Shown here one piece after another: positions 39,137 to 48,944 of a DNA stretch of 64,000 nt. Below the pieces are notes generated by a model. That model searched no databases. It saw only the letters and a program-made list of their open reading frames with translations, and had not been told where the DNA came from. The position numbers were made by a program, and so were the translations under genes. The DNA comes from a virus (taxonomy: Duplodnaviria; Caudoviricetes): IMG/VR virus record IMGVR_UViG_3300029314_000064, positions 1 through 64,000 of that record; one strand, given 5' to 3'. Numbering within the stretch: position 1 is the stretch's first letter; each line of letters starts with the position of its first letter.

Positions 39137-39670
39137 TTATGGTCTGGCGCCAGGACCAGCACTACGATCTCTATACATAATAGGAGCTATGACCGGAATT
39201 ACAGCAGCACGAATAATTTTAGTGCCAAAGACAACATCCGGATAAGTAACAGCCCCTAATCTTAAACCCATCCTGCAATATCCATTTAAATCAGCATTCC
39301 TTGAGATGACAGAACTAATCCGGCTTCCACCCAACCTAACAATACGGGTTGCATTCTTATCATTCACATCAGCACCATAGAATTTAATATCCAATTCTAC
39401 AGTCCTGAGAAATGTTGCTCTTTCTTTTCCTATTGTTCTTTGTTGGGTTTGTGCTGATGTTATTTCAATACATATCGCAGGAAAACTTGGAATGGCTTCT
39501 GTATCTGTATCATAAATTTCTGCAACCTTTTCTAATTTAAAATCTTCATCGTATCTTAATTCTCTTCTAAGTAATTCTTTGAGATTAAGTACAACATCAA
39601 CATCGATATCTCCTGTTAATTTAATTAAATTCTTTAATCTTTCTGTAGAAGCTAATTCTGGATCAGTCAT
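39137..39670 (-). CDS. Tail terminator / completion protein
   Basis: Position before the tube gene; IPSFPAICIE motif. Confidence 0.6.
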   Translation of the reverse strand: MTDPELASTERLKNLIKLTGDIDVDVVLNLKELLRRELRYDEDFKLEKVAEIYDTDTEAIPSFPAICIEITSAQTQQRTIGKERATFLRTVELDIKFYGADVNDKNATRIVRLGGSRISSVISRNADLNGYCRMGLRLGAVTYPDVVFGTKIIRAAVIPVIAPIMYRDRSAGPGARP

Positions 39671-39672
39671 AA

Positions 39673-40224
39673 TTAACTCCTCAAGTAAGCGTCTAAGACA
39701 AATTCAAGTATTTCATCCTGTTGTGACTGTGTAAGCAGAAGAATATCCTGCCCTGTTTCGTTTAAAATTAAATCCCTCATACGTGATCCATAATTTTTGT
39801 ATAAATCACCTATAGAAACAGTATACTCAATAGATTTACCATTTGCTTTTCTAATTGGCCTTTTATTTCTTAATTGAACTTCTCTTAGACGATTACGTAA
39901 AGTACCAGTTCTTAATGCAGGACGAATATATTGAATAGGTGCTTTATCCCCGCTGTTTGTAACTTGAACCTCAAGACCGCGCTCTCGAGCTCTTCTCTTC
40001 CATTCATAATATTCAGGCTTATTTCTTATTCTTACATTATTATAATTCGAAACCAACAATGATGATATTTTTTTTCTTATAAAAGACCAAAATTTCTCAT
40101 CTAGTGAGTTAATCTTTAGTTTCTTTGCCTTACCTGTCGTTTCATCTATATTATATTTAGATATCTCTTCTAGCATGGTTGCGATAACATCTAATAATAT
40201 TTTTACAGATGGATCTCTAGCCAT
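39673..40224 (-). CDS. Neck / tail completion protein
   Basis: Position; LRTGTLRN resembles the gp10/virion-morphogenesis motif. Confidence 0.5.
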   Translation of the reverse strand: MARDPSVKILLDVIATMLEEISKYNIDETTGKAKKLKINSLDEKFWSFIRKKISSLLVSNYNNVRIRNKPEYYEWKRRARERGLEVQVTNSGDKAPIQYIRPALRTGTLRNRLREVQLRNKRPIRKANGKSIEYTVSIGDLYKNYGSRMRDLILNETGQDILLLTQSQQDEILEFVLDAYLRS

Positions 40225-40227
40225 ATT

Positions 40228-41145
40228 TCATTCACATACTAAAGAGATATCAGAGACAACAGAATTAAGATAATCTCTTGAGTTCAAATAATTATATGAC
40301 TTATTCTCAAGCTGATTATCTCCGAAAATAGAGCTCTCATTAATGGGTATATATAGATTAAATGCAGAACCCTTAAATACGAAACTATTGCTGTTATTCA
40401 CATCAAGAACTTCATTGGTTCCCATCATACCAATAACAGGAGCGCTTGTTGATAGTGCATTATTCCATTTATCAACGTAAGAAGAAATATATTCTAATCC
40501 TTCTTTTAACCACGAATACATGTTTCTAGTTTTTGGATCGTCCTTGTCCTGCATTGTCTCTAAATAAATAGACTTATGAATCATGTATGCAGAAATTCTA
40601 GAACAAGCCAAAGCGATTGATTTTGGAATAACAGATGTTGAATCTAAAGGAAACCTTAATTGTGATTCAGAAACAGAATTAAATCTTATGTTCTTTTCTA
40701 GAATCGTATCAACAAAAAATTCTGCATCTTGTATATATCTAGAGGCATCCCATAAAGACATATGTGAATCTGTCATAAACTCTATTGTATCACCACCGAC
40801 AGCCACACCTGACCACGCACTAGGCTGGATAGCAAAGAAACCATTGTTTGACGTAAAGTCATTCTGCTTAATTCCAGTACCGAGCGGTAGATTCGTTTGT
40901 TTTTCATCATCAAATTTATACATTGTAAAAGTCGTTTCATCTGCTGCAAATTGAATGTGATACATAACAATATCTGCATATGCACTATGGATACCGACAG
41001 AATCAAGTGCTATGGTTCCAGTATTGTCTGTATGTCTTTTAAGTGTATTGTATGATTCAGAAAATCTTATTCTGCCTCCAGGAGATGTTGATCTTAAAAC
41101 TCTTCTGACATCATCTAGAGTTGTATAAGTGTTGATTAATGGCAT
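40228..41145 (-). CDS. Head-tail adaptor with inserted beta domain
   Basis: YTTLDDV N-terminus, IQDAEFFVDTIL and IPKSIALACSRISAY, typical of gp36/gp6-type adaptors. Confidence 0.65.
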   Translation of the reverse strand: MPLINTYTTLDDVRRVLRSTSPGGRIRFSESYNTLKRHTDNTGTIALDSVGIHSAYADIVMYHIQFAADETTFTMYKFDDEKQTNLPLGTGIKQNDFTSNNGFFAIQPSAWSGVAVGGDTIEFMTDSHMSLWDASRYIQDAEFFVDTILEKNIRFNSVSESQLRFPLDSTSVIPKSIALACSRISAYMIHKSIYLETMQDKDDPKTRNMYSWLKEGLEYISSYVDKWNNALSTSAPVIGMMGTNEVLDVNNSNSFVFKGSAFNLYIPINESSIFGDNQLENKSYNYLNSRDYLNSVVSDISLVCE

Positions 41146-41339
41146 TACCCATCATCTCCCTCAGAATATTCTAGCTCTTCTTCTGAACCATCATCATTTG
41201 TCAAAACCAACATATTTTTCTTTGCCATTTCTTCAATTTTTCCACCATGTAATATATGAGATATTCGATCCATCTTGCTTTTAAGTATTCCATTATAATC
41301 ATTCATTGATTTTCCCTCTATCTTTGGGGCCGTCGCCAT
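41145..41339 (-). CDS. Hypothetical protein
   Basis: Tightly packed ORF within the operon. Confidence 0.5.
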   Translation of the reverse strand: MATAPKIEGKSMNDYNGILKSKMDRISHILHGGKIEEMAKKNMLVLTNDDGSEEELEYSEGDDG

Positions 41340-41583
41340 GGCTAGTTTGATCTCCTTTGCTTATATCTTCAAGTTGTTTTATATCTGACTTTATGCGAAG
41401 CCTCATGAGGATTTTATTCAGTTGCTCAGCAATTTCATTACCTTGCTTTAAATTCTTTATATATTCGTTGGTTCTAGAAAGATAAAGTTTAAAGAAAAAC
41501 GCATTAGAGCCAATCAATAATATAATAATAGCGATTAAAGGATTCTTTTCAAATTTTTCAAAAAGAGAATCTTCGATCATCAT
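41299..41583 (-). CDS. Single-TM membrane protein (holin/antiholin-like)
   Basis: PLIAIIILLIGSNAFFF followed by a coiled coil; AGGAG SD. Confidence 0.55.
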   Translation of the reverse strand: MMIEDSLFEKFEKNPLIAIIILLIGSNAFFFKLYLSRTNEYIKNLKQGNEIAEQLNKILMRLRIKSDIKQLEDISKGDQTSHGDGPKDRGKINE

Positions 41584-41596
41584 CGCTCCTATGTAT

Positions 41597-41620
41597 CGGC
41601 AATGATGAGGGTCATTGCCG
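41597..41620. promoter_or_regulatory. Intergenic hairpin without a U-tract
   Basis: CGGCAATGA / TCATTGCCG 9-bp perfect stem just upstream of the SD of 41299..41583. Confidence 0.45.
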
Positions 41621-41622
41621 TA

Positions 41623-41931
41623 TTATAATTTTTCGATTCCGCCTTGAAGTGCGGCAGTTAATTGATAAAAACAAGAAGAATCACTGGTCTTTAAATAAAC
41701 TCTATCAGTTAAAATATTTAATCCAAATGCCTCACCAAGCGTTAATCTTGTATAGCTTGTATTATCAAAAGAAAACTGAAGTGTTGAAGCAGAATCACCA
41801 TTCTTAATAGCTACAGAATTTGCTCTAATTCTTTGTTTCCCATCCACAGCTACTTTTGTTGAAGGAGAAAAAATAAATTCTGTTGCGGGATTTGCACCAA
41901 AGACATAACCGGCTCTATTATAAGTAGACAT
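41623..41931 (-). CDS. Small beta-rich hypothetical protein (possibly virion-associated)
   Basis: GAGG SD; located in the late operon. Confidence 0.55.
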   Translation of the reverse strand: MSTYNRAGYVFGANPATEFIFSPSTKVAVDGKQRIRANSVAIKNGDSASTLQFSFDNTSYTRLTLGEAFGLNILTDRVYLKTSDSSCFYQLTAALQGGIEKL

Positions 41932-41938
41932 ATTTACC

Positions 41939-42373
41939 TCAGCTCTTTGGCTTTTCTATTGTGTCTTGTGCCTTCATCTTGATATTAACAAACACTTTAA
42001 TGAAAGGCTTTAACATTGTTTCCCATGAGCCTGAAGCGATTGTTGCTGCTCCAAAAACAGCACCCATAATATCTACAGGATTCATAGTAGGATTAAGAAT
42101 CCAAGTTGCTACGCCTAAAATAATACTGATCGCAAATGTCACAAGAGGAATAAAAGGCTTATATCTTTCTTCTTGTGCTAATCTAGGAAGAATAATTTTC
42201 TTAAAAATAAGAACCACAAACATCAAAGCAATACCAGCAACCACCAACCAATTCTTATTTAATGCTGCCTGAGCTAACATCTTTGCAAATTCTGGAATCT
42301 GATGTTCGCCCGGTTCTGCAATAGAAATTGGAGCTTGAGAAATAATAATGAAAGTTAATAGTTGTGTAATCAT
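41939..42373 (-). CDS. Holin-like multi-TM protein
   Basis: Three hydrophobic helices plus a hydrophobic N-terminus and basic C-terminus; adjacent to the amidase. Confidence 0.65.
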   Translation of the reverse strand: MITQLLTFIIISQAPISIAEPGEHQIPEFAKMLAQAALNKNWLVVAGIALMFVVLIFKKIILPRLAQEERYKPFIPLVTFAISIILGVATWILNPTMNPVDIMGAVFGAATIASGSWETMLKPFIKVFVNIKMKAQDTIEKPKS

Positions 42374-43068
42374 TTGTTCTCCTTTGCTTTTTTGTTAAGA
42401 ATATATTTTTGATACCCCAACCAAATAGATGCACCTAATTGTTCATTAAATCCATCTAGATCTAAATCTATATTCTCTAAGTCGCCTTTATTAGTCATAA
42501 AGCCACCCTCAGTAATGATGGCATTATTCTTTGTCTTCTCTAATAGAAATATTTTTCTTCCTGTGAACTTATTTAAGTCTTCATCGTAGATCGTCGTTAT
42601 AGAGCGTGTTTTTGCTTTAAGCCTAGTTGCTACCGACTCCGTTATTTGTTTTGCAATCAGGAACGATTCTGCGTATCTCGAATAGACCAGTGCCTCAAAC
42701 CCACTTGCTACAAACGGAGCAGCGTTATTATGAAACTCTATAACATCAGCATCTAGAGAATTAACTAAATCGACTCTCTGTTGTAATGTAAATACTTCAG
42801 TATCTACTTCATGAATTTTTATAATTCCATCACCAAACATCTTAAAACCAATATTCTTAGGAACAACAAGCCTTACTTCTAATTCAGAAGAGAGATCACT
42901 TAATCCCCAAGCCAAACAGAAACCGATCGCTTGCTGGAGATTAATCCACCTTTCTTCCTGCATTTTGGTCACAAAAGACGGAGAGCCATTACCATCGCTG
43001 TCAAGCGTGGCAGTGGCTCCCACATCTTTACCAAGGTGACCCGGAATCGCTAATAAAAGCTGCTTCAT
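42370..43068 (-). CDS. Endolysin, N-acetylmuramoyl-L-alanine amidase (Amidase_3)
   Basis: IPGH.G.D.GA, E, EFHNNA, GFE, AIITEGGFMTN Zn-amidase motifs. Confidence 0.88.
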   Translation of the reverse strand: MKQLLLAIPGHLGKDVGATATLDSDGNGSPSFVTKMQEERWINLQQAIGFCLAWGLSDLSSELEVRLVVPKNIGFKMFGDGIIKIHEVDTEVFTLQQRVDLVNSLDADVIEFHNNAAPFVASGFEALVYSRYAESFLIAKQITESVATRLKAKTRSITTIYDEDLNKFTGRKIFLLEKTKNNAIITEGGFMTNKGDLENIDLDLDGFNEQLGASIWLGYQKYILNKKAKENK

Positions 43069-43082
43069 CCGGTTCCTCTCCG

Positions 43083-43448
43083 TTAAAAAGGTGGGTCCGT
43101 AATGATGCTGCGAACATTAAGAATAGAAGAGACAAAGCTGTTTGCATTCACATTTAAATTAACTCTATTACTATTGTGATAGTGTAGAGCTAATCTAGAG
43201 CACTCAGATTTGTTTGGAAAAAGAAAATATATTAAATTGTTCTTTCTATCATAATTCTTTCCTGCTTTGACGGTAGTTTTAGTAGTGATATACTCCTCTA
43301 AACCGGTCCAATTCATTCCTCTAGCCAAGAAAAAAGCCGCTATATAAATGTCTTTTGTTTTATATAGCGACTCATATTCTTGTTTCTGCATTACTTCAAT
43401 ATTTGCTGTACGCCGGTTTAAGGTTTCTCTTACTTCTCCTACACTCAT
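43083..43448 (-). CDS. Hypothetical protein (DUF5659-like)
   Basis: YKTKDIYIAAFFLA...IYFLF pattern. Confidence 0.55.
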   Translation of the reverse strand: MSVGEVRETLNRRTANIEVMQKQEYESLYKTKDIYIAAFFLARGMNWTGLEEYITTKTTVKAGKNYDRKNNLIYFLFPNKSECSRLALHYHNSNRVNLNVNANSFVSSILNVRSIITDPPF

Positions 43449-43957
43449 TACTCAGAGCGCTTAGAGCGCTTCTTCTTTCTTGAGGGTTTAGATTCTTCAG
43501 TCTCTTCTTCAGTTTCTTCTTCCTTCTCTTCTTCAGATTCTTCTGCTGCCTCTTCTACAACTTCTTCTTCCTCGGCAACCTTTTTCTTCTTTTTCTTAAC
43601 AGCAGTTTCCTCAGTCACTTCCTCTTCTGCCTGAGTCTCATCTGCGGTTTCAGAAGACTTACTTCTAGTTTTCTTGGATGACTCATAAACTTCAGCATCA
43701 ATAGGAGGCTTACCAATGCCAAACTTAGGAATATAAGCGTCTTCGATTCCTATCCATGCGCCATGGGGAGTCATAAAAGATACAAGACGGCTTTTCTTCC
43801 CTTGTGGATTTAATGCTATTTCTTTAGCTTGGGCCTTCTTAATTAATGCTTCAGGAATAGAGTCAATTGTCCAAACAGCACCAACATCAAAAGTACCAAC
43901 CTTCTTAATATGTAATCCTCTAATTTCACATCTGGCTAAAGTTACGATTTGAGACAT
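43448..43957 (-). CDS. Hypothetical protein with Glu/Lys low-complexity tail
   Basis: Directly after the major capsid gene; GGAG SD. Confidence 0.65.
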   Translation of the reverse strand: MSQIVTLARCEIRGLHIKKVGTFDVGAVWTIDSIPEALIKKAQAKEIALNPQGKKSRLVSFMTPHGAWIGIEDAYIPKFGIGKPPIDAEVYESSKKTRSKSSETADETQAEEEVTEETAVKKKKKKVAEEEEVVEEAAEESEEEKEEETEEETEESKPSRKKKRSKRSE

Positions 43958-43997
43958 ATTGTTTTATCTCCAGCTTTTTAAGGTTTAACTTCTAAAA

Positions 43998-45272
43998 TCA
44001 CGGAGTGTAGACAGAAGCAATCACGTTCACGTCTCTGTGGTACACAACAGGCAGGCCCTTAATACCAACAATCAATTCCACACGGGGTGGATCGCTGTCT
44101 TCATGAATAACTGGCTTCGCAAAGATACCAGCTTCAGGAGACAGAATACCGCCTGGACCATAAGGATGCAGAGTAGAAATAATTTCTGCCCAATTTGGAC
44201 CACCTTCAATGGATGCAGGAAGCTGACCCTTGATAATAAAGGTACCATCTGGAATGAAATACTTCTTTGTGCGGATGGTAGAACCAGCAGGGAAACCAGC
44301 AGAACGCACCACACCAGGAGCATCAACAGTAATGACGTTGGTGGTGGTGTTGACTGAATCAACAGTCAGACGCTCACGGCCAACCACATCACCATCGCGG
44401 TGGATAATGGTCAATAGATCATTTGCGGCAAACTGACTTGCATCACGTACAGTCAGTGTGGTTGCAGAAGCAGCAACAGGAGAAGCAAGGTCAGTGACCT
44501 CGTAATATCCGCCATCAAATGAAGTATATGGCACACCGGCATAGGCGTTAAAGATCGCCTGTAGATTGCCTGGAGTCAGATTACCAAGGTTTGCTTGGCC
44601 GGTAAACAAAGCATCGCGCAGAGTGCGAATCTTAGAGCTCTGCATAATGATACGTAGAGTTCTGGCATTAAACCAATAACCTGAAGGTGAAGCCATAAGA
44701 TCACGGTACTTCTCATTCCATTCAAGAATATCATCCATAGGATCGGATGTGCTGGCAGTCCAAAGATCTGCACCAGTCAGAGCAGGCTGCATGTCAGCAG
44801 GAATCTTATAATCAACATCAAATTGAATATCCTTACCTGAGGCAGTCAAACGACCGCGAAGTGCCTGCCAACGTGCCCACTCGAGACGAGTGTTCAGGCG
44901 CATCATAAGATCACTTAAATGATTGGTAATAATTTCTTGGGCACTTTGAACTTCTTGCTTGGTGCCTAGCTTGCGCAAATGATAGAGATCCTTTTGGCCA
45001 AGGATCGCCTTTTCACGCCATTCGGCAGGCTCAAATTCATACTGTGACGCACCGTAAAAAGAAACGGTTGGGGACTCAGCACCGGAAGCCGCTGCTTGAG
45101 TCATACCGCCCGCACCCTTACGAACATCTACCGCAATACGGTGTTCTTGAATTTCGCGAACAGGAACTTCACTCCCCAAAATAAAATCAGATTGGGGAAT
45201 TTCAATCTCCTTCACAACCTTAACAATATTAGAAGTCTGAAGTAATGGATGACTTGCTAGGTTAAGCAGCAT
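43998..45272 (-). CDS. Major capsid protein (HK97 fold, lambda gpE-like) with inserted domain
   Basis: RLEWARWQALRG, DVDYKIP, W...SDPMDDI, YFIPDG, GLPVV motifs; follows the decoration gene; higher GC and optimised codons. Confidence 0.92.
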   Translation of the reverse strand: MLLNLASHPLLQTSNIVKVVKEIEIPQSDFILGSEVPVREIQEHRIAVDVRKGAGGMTQAAASGAESPTVSFYGASQYEFEPAEWREKAILGQKDLYHLRKLGTKQEVQSAQEIITNHLSDLMMRLNTRLEWARWQALRGRLTASGKDIQFDVDYKIPADMQPALTGADLWTASTSDPMDDILEWNEKYRDLMASPSGYWFNARTLRIIMQSSKIRTLRDALFTGQANLGNLTPGNLQAIFNAYAGVPYTSFDGGYYEVTDLASPVAASATTLTVRDASQFAANDLLTIIHRDGDVVGRERLTVDSVNTTTNVITVDAPGVVRSAGFPAGSTIRTKKYFIPDGTFIIKGQLPASIEGGPNWAEIISTLHPYGPGGILSPEAGIFAKPVIHEDSDPPRVELIVGIKGLPVVYHRDVNVIASVYTP

Positions 45273-45332
45273 GTTTGTTGAATCCTCTCTATGTTAGGTG
45301 ATCGTCATTATTTGTATTCATAAAAGATTTAA

Positions 45333-45725
45333 TCAGGCATTGTCGCGAATGGTAAGACGCTGCACATCAGCCCAAGTCACTGCGGTCGGCTCAATAATGA
45401 CGCCACTCTTGAAAGTGCCCTTGAGGAAAGCAGTGGCGTTCGCAAAACTAGTCACACTGTCCATATCGCGGAGTTCTTCTGCAAGAATAACCACGGTAGT
45501 GTCAGAATGAAGTGCGCTGTTGAAGGGCTTGTAACGACCAGAAGAAGAATCCCAACCCATCGCCATATAGGGGCGAATGGTGGTGGAGCCATCAGGATTA
45601 CTTACATCTCTGGCAGCAGCATCAACAGAAATTGGAATCATAGTATAATCGTTTGAGGCCAAACCCTCAAAGGATAATTTAGTACCAGAGAAATTCTTAT
45701 AACCTTCACGCTTTTCAGTTGTCAT
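45333..45725 (-). CDS. Head decoration protein (lambda gpD-like position)
   Basis: 130 aa between scaffold and MCP; SGRYKPF...VILAE pattern. Confidence 0.75.
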   Translation of the reverse strand: MTTEKREGYKNFSGTKLSFEGLASNDYTMIPISVDAAARDVSNPDGSTTIRPYMAMGWDSSSGRYKPFNSALHSDTTVVILAEELRDMDSVTSFANATAFLKGTFKSGVIIEPTAVTWADVQRLTIRDNA

Positions 45726-45774
45726 TTCTTGTGTCTCCTTTAGGTTTGATTAACAAAGAATTTATATTTTCAAA

Positions 45775-46494
45775 TCACTTACGAGCAGGAATAGGATCAG
45801 CTGGAGGACTAGACAAATCCAGGGACTTGGCAGCATTCTTGTATCTAGTGGCAGCCTTCTTTTGTCCTGCCTTCAAAGCATCTTCATTGTCTGCCATAAA
45901 TTGCTGCATTTCAGTTTCCTTAGCAGGATCCTGAATTTTTTTAGTGCCAATATTAAATTCAAGAACCTTTGTATCATTGCTAGGAACAGCAACCTTAAAA
46001 TCAGTAGGAATGGTATTAAGTACGGAGCTAATGACATCACGCAGAGATGCGCCAGTCTTTTCACCCTTCTCATTGGAGAACTTAATAACTTCCTTATTAT
46101 CAGTGTCACTTAAAAGAATCTCATTGACCTTATCAATGGTTGGCTTAGGGAAACCCTTAGTAGACAAATCAGTGCAGTATGACTTAATTTCAGACTGACG
46201 GGTACGTTCACGTTGCAGGGAAAGTTCTGCTTCAGTTGCCTGCATCTTGCTTTCAAAAGAAACAACCTTAGTGGACATGTCCTTAACAGTTTCGGACAGT
46301 TTCTTATTTGCTTCACTAAGTTCATTAAAAGTCTTTGCACTATTATCAAGTTCAGAAGATGCCTGAGAGAATTCTGCCTTAGCATCATTCAAAGCCTTCA
46401 GGGCTTCCTTGTAATCATCAGATTCTTTATTTGGAATTGCAGATAATTGAGTCTCCATAAAACTAATTATCTTCTGGCTAGCTGAGAATTTCAT
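45775..46494 (-). CDS. Nested in-frame scaffold protein (Mu gpZ-like internal start)
   Basis: AAGGAG SD at 46501-46506 before in-frame ATG 46494 (MKFSASQK). Confidence 0.6.
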   Translation of the reverse strand: MKFSASQKIISFMETQLSAIPNKESDDYKEALKALNDAKAEFSQASSELDNSAKTFNELSEANKKLSETVKDMSTKVVSFESKMQATEAELSLQRERTRQSEIKSYCTDLSTKGFPKPTIDKVNEILLSDTDNKEVIKFSNEKGEKTGASLRDVISSVLNTIPTDFKVAVPSNDTKVLEFNIGTKKIQDPAKETEMQQFMADNEDALKAGQKKAATRYKNAAKSLDLSSPPADPIPARK

Positions 46495-47310
46495 TTCTTT
46501 CTCCTTTGTTGAGAATAAAGAAAAATCCTTCAAGCTAAATAAATTAATATTCTCTTTTGGATTTTTCTCAGTGATTTTCTTTACAGAAGATACCACTATC
46601 GGTTCTGGTTTGCCAGAGAATTCATGATATTCAAAAATATATCCAGTGTTATTTTTTTCATTTTCATTAAGATTTTCACTAAATTGAGTTGGAATGGAAT
46701 TAAGATTAGGAATGAATGGTCTATTCGTTAAAGCACCACCTAATAATGTTGGACCATAAGTTGTTCTTGATCCAAGAGGTATATCATTACCATAAGAATC
46801 TTTAGTAGTTTCTAAGACTTCATGGTCTGCATAATTATCTCTAAATTCAACACTAAAGAATTTATAAATTTCTTCTTTAATGACTTTCTGTCCTTTTTTA
46901 TTCAAACTCCAATTACCAATCATATATACTTGTTCTTTACCTTTTACTTTTCTTGTTTCTTTACGAATAGATTTAAGCCAACCAAAAGCATCCTCTCTGT
47001 TGTGATTCACATCTAAAGGCACGCCAGTTGGAACAACTTTATCATTAAAATTCTTAATAAAACTATCCATCATTTCTTCTGTTACTTTAATCATATATTC
47101 GCCAAACCAAGAAGACCGCATAAAATTTCCGGTTCTTAGCATGTCGAATTCAATACAACATTCTTCAGGCATTTCTTCTTTATTTTTTTCTTTAGATTCA
47201 TCATCTGCGTATTGAGAAAATTTTAATTCTAATTTTTCAGGTAATTGAAAATCAAAACGTGTCTTATTTTGAATATCAGCTTTATCAAATTTAATTGTTG
47301 CAGTAGTCAT
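45775..47310 (-). CDS. Prohead protease-scaffold (Mu gpI-like)
   Basis: LDVNH...AFGWL, YKFFSVEF, LLGGALTNRPFI; coiled-coil C-terminal half. Confidence 0.88.
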   Translation of the reverse strand: MTTATIKFDKADIQNKTRFDFQLPEKLELKFSQYADDESKEKNKEEMPEECCIEFDMLRTGNFMRSSWFGEYMIKVTEEMMDSFIKNFNDKVVPTGVPLDVNHNREDAFGWLKSIRKETRKVKGKEQVYMIGNWSLNKKGQKVIKEEIYKFFSVEFRDNYADHEVLETTKDSYGNDIPLGSRTTYGPTLLGGALTNRPFIPNLNSIPTQFSENLNENEKNNTGYIFEYHEFSGKPEPIVVSSVKKITEKNPKENINLFSLKDFSLFSTKEKEMKFSASQKIISFMETQLSAIPNKESDDYKEALKALNDAKAEFSQASSELDNSAKTFNELSEANKKLSETVKDMSTKVVSFESKMQATEAELSLQRERTRQSEIKSYCTDLSTKGFPKPTIDKVNEILLSDTDNKEVIKFSNEKGEKTGASLRDVISSVLNTIPTDFKVAVPSNDTKVLEFNIGTKKIQDPAKETEMQQFMADNEDALKAGQKKAATRYKNAAKSLDLSSPPADPIPARK

Positions 47311-47324
47311 ATTATTCTCCTATG

Positions 47325-48944
47325 TTATTGTCTTTTTTCTTTTACTGATCTTTCTTTAGGCATTCTTATTTTTCTCTGAGTACCTCTATTTTGATTATTA
47401 GCATCTTGTGCTTCCTTTTTCTTAACAGCAGTAGGAGGCACACCTACCTTACCAAGTGGAGAAGGAATTGGTATTTTTTCAAACATTTCTTCAAATTCTT
47501 CAATCGGAACATCAAGCATTTCAGACAACTTCTTTAGAGAAGGAATAGTCTTAGGCTTATTGCCGTCCCTTATTGCTCCAGCAGACATCATAATAAGTCT
47601 TAAGAAAATTTCCTTCAAAAGAAGTTTCCTATTGAAATCAAGTTTTTCTATTTTAAGATTTGCATCACGAATTTTATTTTTTGGAAAATTATATATCTGT
47701 ATTGGCTTAATAATCTGTTCATCGAACACGCATTCAATATCATTTATCAATGCTTGTTCCGTCATCATAAATACATCAAGTGTATCACCTGCGGATGCAC
47801 CTGAAGCACTGTGACTCGACCCATCAGAAGCTAATCCCAACTTGTCTGGAACAAATATGGCTCTTAACTTTCTAGTGTCGAAGAAGTTAAGCAAATTGAT
47901 AAAGAAGTCTCCTCTACTTTCATCAGAGACATACTTAAAATCCCAAAGATCATGGCTGCCATCTTTTGAAATTTCTTTTGGTAATACAACAATAGAATTT
48001 GAAATTGCTGCCTGACCAATCTTGAGTGCGTGTGTTATGTTATCTACTTTATTTCCATTATGGTCAGTTCTTGTTCCCGCAGGCGCACGCAACAGCATTA
48101 GAGGTTGGCCTGATCTCTCAACATACTTCAACATAAATTGAGTGATCACCATCGACCAGTACCATGGAGGATAAGCATTATTCAATCTTGCATTACCAAA
48201 ATAATTTCCAAACTCCATGTTATGAGAATATATAACTAAATCTTTTGTCTTAACTTGTGGAACAGTTACATTTTCTTTATGTAAGAAATTCTGAGATACG
48301 CCAATAATATTCTGATCTTTATCTAAATGCATGCGTATCGTTTTGGGATGAACAAATTTTATTTTATCATAAACATAAAAAGATTCATTAACTTTAATAC
48401 TCTTTCCTTTTTTGCTTTTGGTCTTAAGATTTAATTCTTTATAATCCCATACCTTTTGACCAATAGCACATCCGTACCGAACGCCCTTTGCTAGGGAAAT
48501 AATGGTATCTCTATAAATATTTTTAATGATTTTAGTATAAACTAATCTTTGTTTCTCATCATCACATTCAATTCTCCAATTTAATCCAGCGGGAGTATAT
48601 TCAATAACACTTAATCCCAAAGCAATAGTTGGATCCTTAGACATTTTTTCTAAAATATCATAAGGAATATTGTTTGGACTATATACTCCTATATTTTGAA
48701 CAATGGTTTGACCAAAATCATCAAGTTGCCCTCCATAACTTAATCCAACCTTAGTATTAGGAGTATCACTTGAGTTTTCTTTTAATTTTTCATTAGAAAA
48801 TTCATTTATTCCAACAAAAGAATTTTCTATTTCTTTGTATGCATTAGGCTTGACTTTATCTTTAATCATTCCCAGAATCGCCTTAGCTTCTTCTGGGAGT
48901 TTTTTTACTTTCTCCTTATCTGCATAAGGGATCCTGTTGACCAT
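47325..48944 (-). CDS. Portal protein (Mu gp29/DUF935-like)
   Basis: Follows TerL; GNYFGNARL..AY..W, YVERSGQP, EQIIKPIQIYNF. Confidence 0.88.
   Translation of the reverse strand: MVNRIPYADKEKVKKLPEEAKAILGMIKDKVKPNAYKEIENSFVGINEFSNEKLKENSSDTPNTKVGLSYGGQLDDFGQTIVQNIGVYSPNNIPYDILEKMSKDPTIALGLSVIEYTPAGLNWRIECDDEKQRLVYTKIIKNIYRDTIISLAKGVRYGCAIGQKVWDYKELNLKTKSKKGKSIKVNESFYVYDKIKFVHPKTIRMHLDKDQNIIGVSQNFLHKENVTVPQVKTKDLVIYSHNMEFGNYFGNARLNNAYPPWYWSMVITQFMLKYVERSGQPLMLLRAPAGTRTDHNGNKVDNITHALKIGQAAISNSIVVLPKEISKDGSHDLWDFKYVSDESRGDFFINLLNFFDTRKLRAIFVPDKLGLASDGSSHSASGASAGDTLDVFMMTEQALINDIECVFDEQIIKPIQIYNFPKNKIRDANLKIEKLDFNRKLLLKEIFLRLIMMSAGAIRDGNKPKTIPSLKKLSEMLDVPIEEFEEMFEKIPIPSPLGKVGVPPTAVKKKEAQDANNQNRGTQRKIRMPKERSVKEKRQ

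Noticed and set aside
43448-43700. TTC/CTT-rich repeat-like DNA
   Set aside because: Simply encodes the Glu/Lys low-complexity tail of the ORF.
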